64,000 bases of DNA from an uncultured bacterium (GTDB lineage Bacteria; JAGOEH01): the NCBI GenBank assembly GCA_964632485.1, contig CAZWDO010000011.1, positions 1 through 64,000 of the forward strand. The letters run 5' to 3'. The notes under the pieces were generated by a model. The model had not been told where the DNA came from, searched no databases, and saw nothing but the letters and a program-made list of their open reading frames with translations. Both the position numbers and the translations under genes were made by a program. Below are positions 60,037 through 64,000 of the stretch, piece by piece. Within the stretch, counting starts at the first letter, position 1. Each line of letters begins with the position of its first letter.

Positions 60037-61947
60037 ATGAAACACAGTTTAATTTTCAGCCTTGTTCTCTGCTTTACGTGGCCAACTGTTTCACTGTTGG
60101 CGCAAGTCCCAACAGCGCCACAGAATCTTACGGCAGCCGTTTCCGATCAGAATCAAAATTTTAAAAAAGTTACTTTAAACTGGGATGCAGTGGAACCAAC
60201 CTCCGGCCAACGCAACATTTATTATAAAGTTTATCGAAAAGACGGAGACTTGAGTAGTAGCCAACCCTTTGAGGTGATCCATCCTCACACTAATTTTACT
60301 TTTTATATTGATCGTCCCATAAAAGAATCAGCGACATTTTGCTATTATGTAACCGCTAATGAAAATAAAAATGAAAGTTCCCCATCAAATACGGTTGAAG
60401 TGCCGATCGAGATCGAAGACGGCGGTGAAAAAGGATTTATCGCAGGGAATGTAAGAGACGATTCCAATCAGGCAGGCATTGCCCAGGCCAGACTTTTTTT
60501 CATTCCGCATCAATGGAGTTTTCCGACACGAACAGAAACCGATTCCACTGGCTACTTTATAGTGGAGGCAGAGGCTGGTAATTACGCGGTCCATACCACT
60601 GCCATCCATTATTTCAGTGAATTTTACGACAACGCCGGTTCAGTATCAACAGCGACCATTGTAGCAGTACCCCCCGGCGATACCATTTTTCTCGATATCG
60701 CTTTAACCGCCAAAAACTCACCGATCACCTTTTCACTAAGCGGGAAGGTTATGGATACACTGGCCCAGGCTGTACCCTCTACCCTGCATGCGTTTTGCAT
60801 CGCGTCCTATGATCAACGTGGTCCCAAACATGCAGTAGCCCAAACGGACGATGACGGCGCCTATCAATTTAGTTTCAATCAGGGCGATACAGTCATTATT
60901 CTGGCAATTCCCCGAGATAAAACGATTCGTCCCGAATACTACCAGGATCAATATGATATAACAGAGGCCACCAGCATCGCTATTAATGGCGATATATCCG
61001 GAATCGATTTTATCGTCGCCGGGCCAACTAATTTCAATAACCAGCTCAGTGGCCGCATACTTAATGATTCCCTTCAGGGCGTTTATTCCTGGGTTACTGC
61101 CTACCGTTTAACGGATCGTAACCGCAGAAATTTTAAATACAGCATCAATTCGGATTCCAACGGTCACTACGAATTAACCAATTTGGATCCAGGACCTTAT
61201 ATCGTCCGCGCAATTCCTCAAGATGGATACCGACCATCGTTTTATCGGATCGATCAGACGACAACTGTTAAATGGAAAGAAGCCGACACAGTTTGGATCG
61301 ATTCAGCAAGTCAGATAGATTCGATTGATATTAGTGTCGATCCTTGCGGGGAAAATGGTTTAGCATCGATTGGCGGATCAATCCTTTTCCCTACTCTGAA
61401 CAATCTGAGCGCTCAAAGCGATTCAAACGAAACCGCAGGAATAATGGTTTACGCTTTCAATTCCAATCAGTATTTAACAGCATTTACGTTTACCGACGAA
61501 TTGGGCGACTATTCAATTCAAAACCTACCTCCGGATTCATACCGCTTAATCATTGATAAAGTGGGGTATGAAAATGATAGCAGGGAAAATATTGTAGTGG
61601 ATTATTTCCAAAACATCAGTCAATCCGTTGATTTTTCATTAATCCCAACCTCCATCAACACCGATCAACAGTTCCAGGCCAAAAAAGATATCATCGTTAC
61701 AGCGCCTTATCCAAATCCCTTCAATCAAGCTCTGCAAATCCGTTTCGTTCTTCTACAGAAAGAAAAAGTAACTGTTACGATTTTCAATTTATTGGGAGAA
61801 AAAATTACGGAATTAATTTCCCAAAAGCTCAATAGCGGTGAACATACGGTTGAGTGGCAAGCCGGACAACTTCCTGCCGGGATCTATTTCTGCCATATTC
61901 AAACTGCGCATTCAAGGATAACCGCAAAGCTTCTACTATTGAAATGA
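60037..61947 (+). CDS. Secreted protein: FN3 + carboxypeptidase-regulatory-like repeats + T9SS type A sorting domain
   Basis: Signal peptide; PTAPQNLTA...ESSPSN (FN3); repeated G.V...TD..G.Y; PYPNPFN...IFNLLGEKI...PAGIYF...KLLLLK. Confidence 0.85.
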   Translation: MKHSLIFSLVLCFTWPTVSLLAQVPTAPQNLTAAVSDQNQNFKKVTLNWDAVEPTSGQRNIYYKVYRKDGDLSSSQPFEVIHPHTNFTFYIDRPIKESATFCYYVTANENKNESSPSNTVEVPIEIEDGGEKGFIAGNVRDDSNQAGIAQARLFFIPHQWSFPTRTETDSTGYFIVEAEAGNYAVHTTAIHYFSEFYDNAGSVSTATIVAVPPGDTIFLDIALTAKNSPITFSLSGKVMDTLAQAVPSTLHAFCIASYDQRGPKHAVAQTDDDGAYQFSFNQGDTVIILAIPRDKTIRPEYYQDQYDITEATSIAINGDISGIDFIVAGPTNFNNQLSGRILNDSLQGVYSWVTAYRLTDRNRRNFKYSINSDSNGHYELTNLDPGPYIVRAIPQDGYRPSFYRIDQTTTVKWKEADTVWIDSASQIDSIDISVDPCGENGLASIGGSILFPTLNNLSAQSDSNETAGIMVYAFNSNQYLTAFTFTDELGDYSIQNLPPDSYRLIIDKVGYENDSRENIVVDYFQNISQSVDFSLIPTSINTDQQFQAKKDIIVTAPYPNPFNQALQIRFVLLQKEKVTVTIFNLLGEKITELISQKLNSGEHTVEWQAGQLPAGIYFCHIQTAHSRITAKLLLLK

Positions 61948-62056
61948 CCGTCTTGAATTGAGATATTTCCCGTTCATTTTATAAAGTTTGGCATAGCATC
62001 GCTTATCAGAAAAAGCGCTTGCTTTTTGCCTAAAAATTAGTTATTATTCAGAAAAT

Positions 62057-62129
<73 letters not shown>

Positions 62130-62724
62130 TAATAGTTACCGTCTCCGCGCCTTATGACTGGCTGTGTAAATTATGGTACTATGTTGTAGCTGGGGGAGTT
62201 GCTGCGCTTTCCCGGCTATATGGATTTTTCTCCACCTGTACTCTTACGGACACTAAAAATTAGATCAAAGCCTTCACTTGCCAGCCCATTAGCTACTGCA
62301 ACAAAGAATTCTTTACCTTTGTAACCTATTCAATTCACTACTTCAAGCGCGAATTTGCCGGGTGGACTAAAAAAAATAATTTCTTTTAAGCTTTACAGTT
62401 GCATAACTCAACAAAATGTATTAATATAAAAATTATCAGGAATCCTGCGATTCGTTGCTGAACGCGCGGGATGCGCCGTAATCAAGCAGTTGGTGGCAGG
62501 AAGGTCGGGACTATTGTGTTTGCTCTGGCGCGGATTATCGACGGTGATGAGAAAAAATAAGGTCAACCGGTCAATTCAAACGCTCAACAATCTGAATACC
62601 GGTTTTAATATCCCTGAAATTTTTTTTCAAAGAGACGGGAACAAATTTTTCAAGTGTCTTTTAATTAGAAAAAGGAGTGGATGTTTATGAGTGAAACCAG
62701 AACGAAAAAACCGCTCGCAAAAAA

Positions 62725-64000
62725 GTGAATACCGAAATAGTGGATAGCGGACTGGTAGTAGTGGGAATTGGCGCATCCGCCGGCGGGTTGGAAGCCCTTC
62801 AGGAGTTTTTCAAGGCTATGCCGTCCACGACCGGAATCGCCTTTGTCGTCATCCAGCATCTTTCTCCCGATTACCGAAGTCTCATGGATGAATTACTGGC
62901 TCGACAAACAACGATTCCGATACAAATTGCCATGGATGGCATGGCCGTGGAAGCGGATCATATTTACCTTATTCCCCCTGGGAAAAATATATCTATCTAT
63001 CATGAAAAGCTGTTTCTTGAAGAGCAGAGCCATCGAAAAGTTCCGAATCTACCGATCGACATCTTTCTCCGCTCCCTGGCCGCTGACAAAGGCAAGAATG
63101 CGATTGGCATTATCCTCTCGGGCACGGGCAGTGACGGGACGCTCGGCACCCGCGCCATCAAAGAAGCCGGAGGCATGATCATGGCGCAGGATGAGCATTC
63201 TGCTAAATTCGACGGTATGCCTAAGAGCTCGATTTCTACCGGATTGGTCGATTATATTTTAACCCCGGCTAAGATGCCCGAGGCGCTGATCAACTTTATC
63301 AAACATCCTTTTGTAAAAAAAAGCGAGAGTTTGGACCGCATCTTAGCGGAAAATATTGCTACCCTGACCAAGATCATCATCATTTTACGGGATTTCAGCG
63401 GCATCGATTTCTCCTACTATAAAGAAAACACCCTGATTCGGCGCCTGGAACGGCGCTTGAGCATCAACCGTTTCGATAGCATGGAACAATATCTGATTTT
63501 TCTTTCCGAATCCGATAAGGAAAAAGATATCCTCTACCGGGAATTGCTGATTGGAGTTACCCGGTTTTTCAGAGATCAGAAAGCGTTTGAGAGCATTGCC
63601 AAACATGTGTTGCCCGATTTATTGTCGAAAACGAGTTATCGGGTTTGGTCCGCGGCCTGTTCGACCGGTGAAGAAGTTTACTCTCTGGCGATGATGATTT
63701 ATGAGTTTCTGGATAAAAACAAACTGAATTGTGAAGTAAAGATTTTCGCGACCGATATTGACCGGCATTCCATTGAACTTGCCGGGCAGGGATTTTATCC
63801 CGACAGCATAGTCGCTGACGTGGACTCGACGTTTCTGACCAAATATTTCCACCGCAAGGAAAATGGGTATCAGGTCAATGAATTAATTCGCAAGATGATC
63901 ATTTTCGCCACACATAATCTGCTCAAAGATCCGCCCTTTTCCAAAATTGATCTGCTGGTATGCCGCAATCTCTTTATTTATCTAAAACCGGATGTCCAGA
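62725..64000 (+). CDS. CheB methylesterase-CheR methyltransferase fusion protein (partial, runs off the window; not in the ORF track)
   Basis: Own translation: VVGIGASAGGLEAL, VIQHLSPDYRS, LSGTGSDG (CheB); RVWSAACSTGEEVYSL, IFATDID, HNLLKDPPFSKIDLLVCRN (CheR). Confidence 0.93.
   Translation, partial: MNTEIVDSGLVVVGIGASAGGLEALQEFFKAMPSTTGIAFVVIQHLSPDYRSLMDELLARQTTIPIQIAMDGMAVEADHIYLIPPGKNISIYHEKLFLEEQSHRKVPNLPIDIFLRSLAADKGKNAIGIILSGTGSDGTLGTRAIKEAGGMIMAQDEHSAKFDGMPKSSISTGLVDYILTPAKMPEALINFIKHPFVKKSESLDRILAENIATLTKIIIILRDFSGIDFSYYKENTLIRRLERRLSINRFDSMEQYLIFLSESDKEKDILYRELLIGVTRFFRDQKAFESIAKHVLPDLLSKTSYRVWSAACSTGEEVYSLAMMIYEFLDKNKLNCEVKIFATDIDRHSIELAGQGFYPDSIVADVDSTFLTKYFHRKENGYQVNELIRKMIIFATHNLLKDPPFSKIDLLVCRNLFIYLKPDVQ

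Noticed and set aside
62768-63852. Short ORFs listed in the track near the window end
   Set aside because: Alternative frames of the cheB-cheR gene, which the track missed because it has no stop inside the window

Overview
Chromosomal window from a Gram-negative bacterium, probably an FCB-related lineage (KSB1/Calditrichota-like). That placement is inferred from the PorV/PorQ barrels, TonB-dependent receptors (TBDR) and T9SS-like C-terminal domains. There are two N gaps (531-610, 48434-48443). Bases ~611-10500 look like a capsid-less integrative element (phage-satellite/PICI-like: two HTH excisionases, a PrimPol-PriCT-D5 primase/helicase, an iteron-like origin and a tyrosine integrase) next to the 3' end of tRNA-Arg(CCT). 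Its left part is very AT-rich. It carries a Bro-N gene, a truncated jumbo-phage-like gene and a ~2.4 kb ORF-free tract. In that tract I find a strand-biased, roughly regularly spaced array of T-run/AACA-N6-TA motifs (matching the AR9/PBS1-type jumbo-phage late promoter consensus), most followed by a different imperfect hairpin. This is the strongest novel-system candidate. The rest is host genome: a TBDR-secreted protein-PorV operon running into a variant Sia (siaA/C/B-C/D-like) signalling cassette; dcp; an RND efflux operon; recD; deoC; a 2-oxoacid:ferredoxin oxidoreductase; birA; yqjD/E-like genes; eno; trpS; a second TBDR triad; tRNA-Val; an HPr-kinase-related gene beside a 328-aa RiPP-precursor-like protein with 25 CxxG repeats; transporters; a B12 radical SAM enzyme; a T9SS-type cargo protein; tRNA-Arg(TCT); and a partial cheB-cheR fusion preceded by a slippery A_AAA_AAG site. 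All family assignments come from motif recognition; no database search was run.
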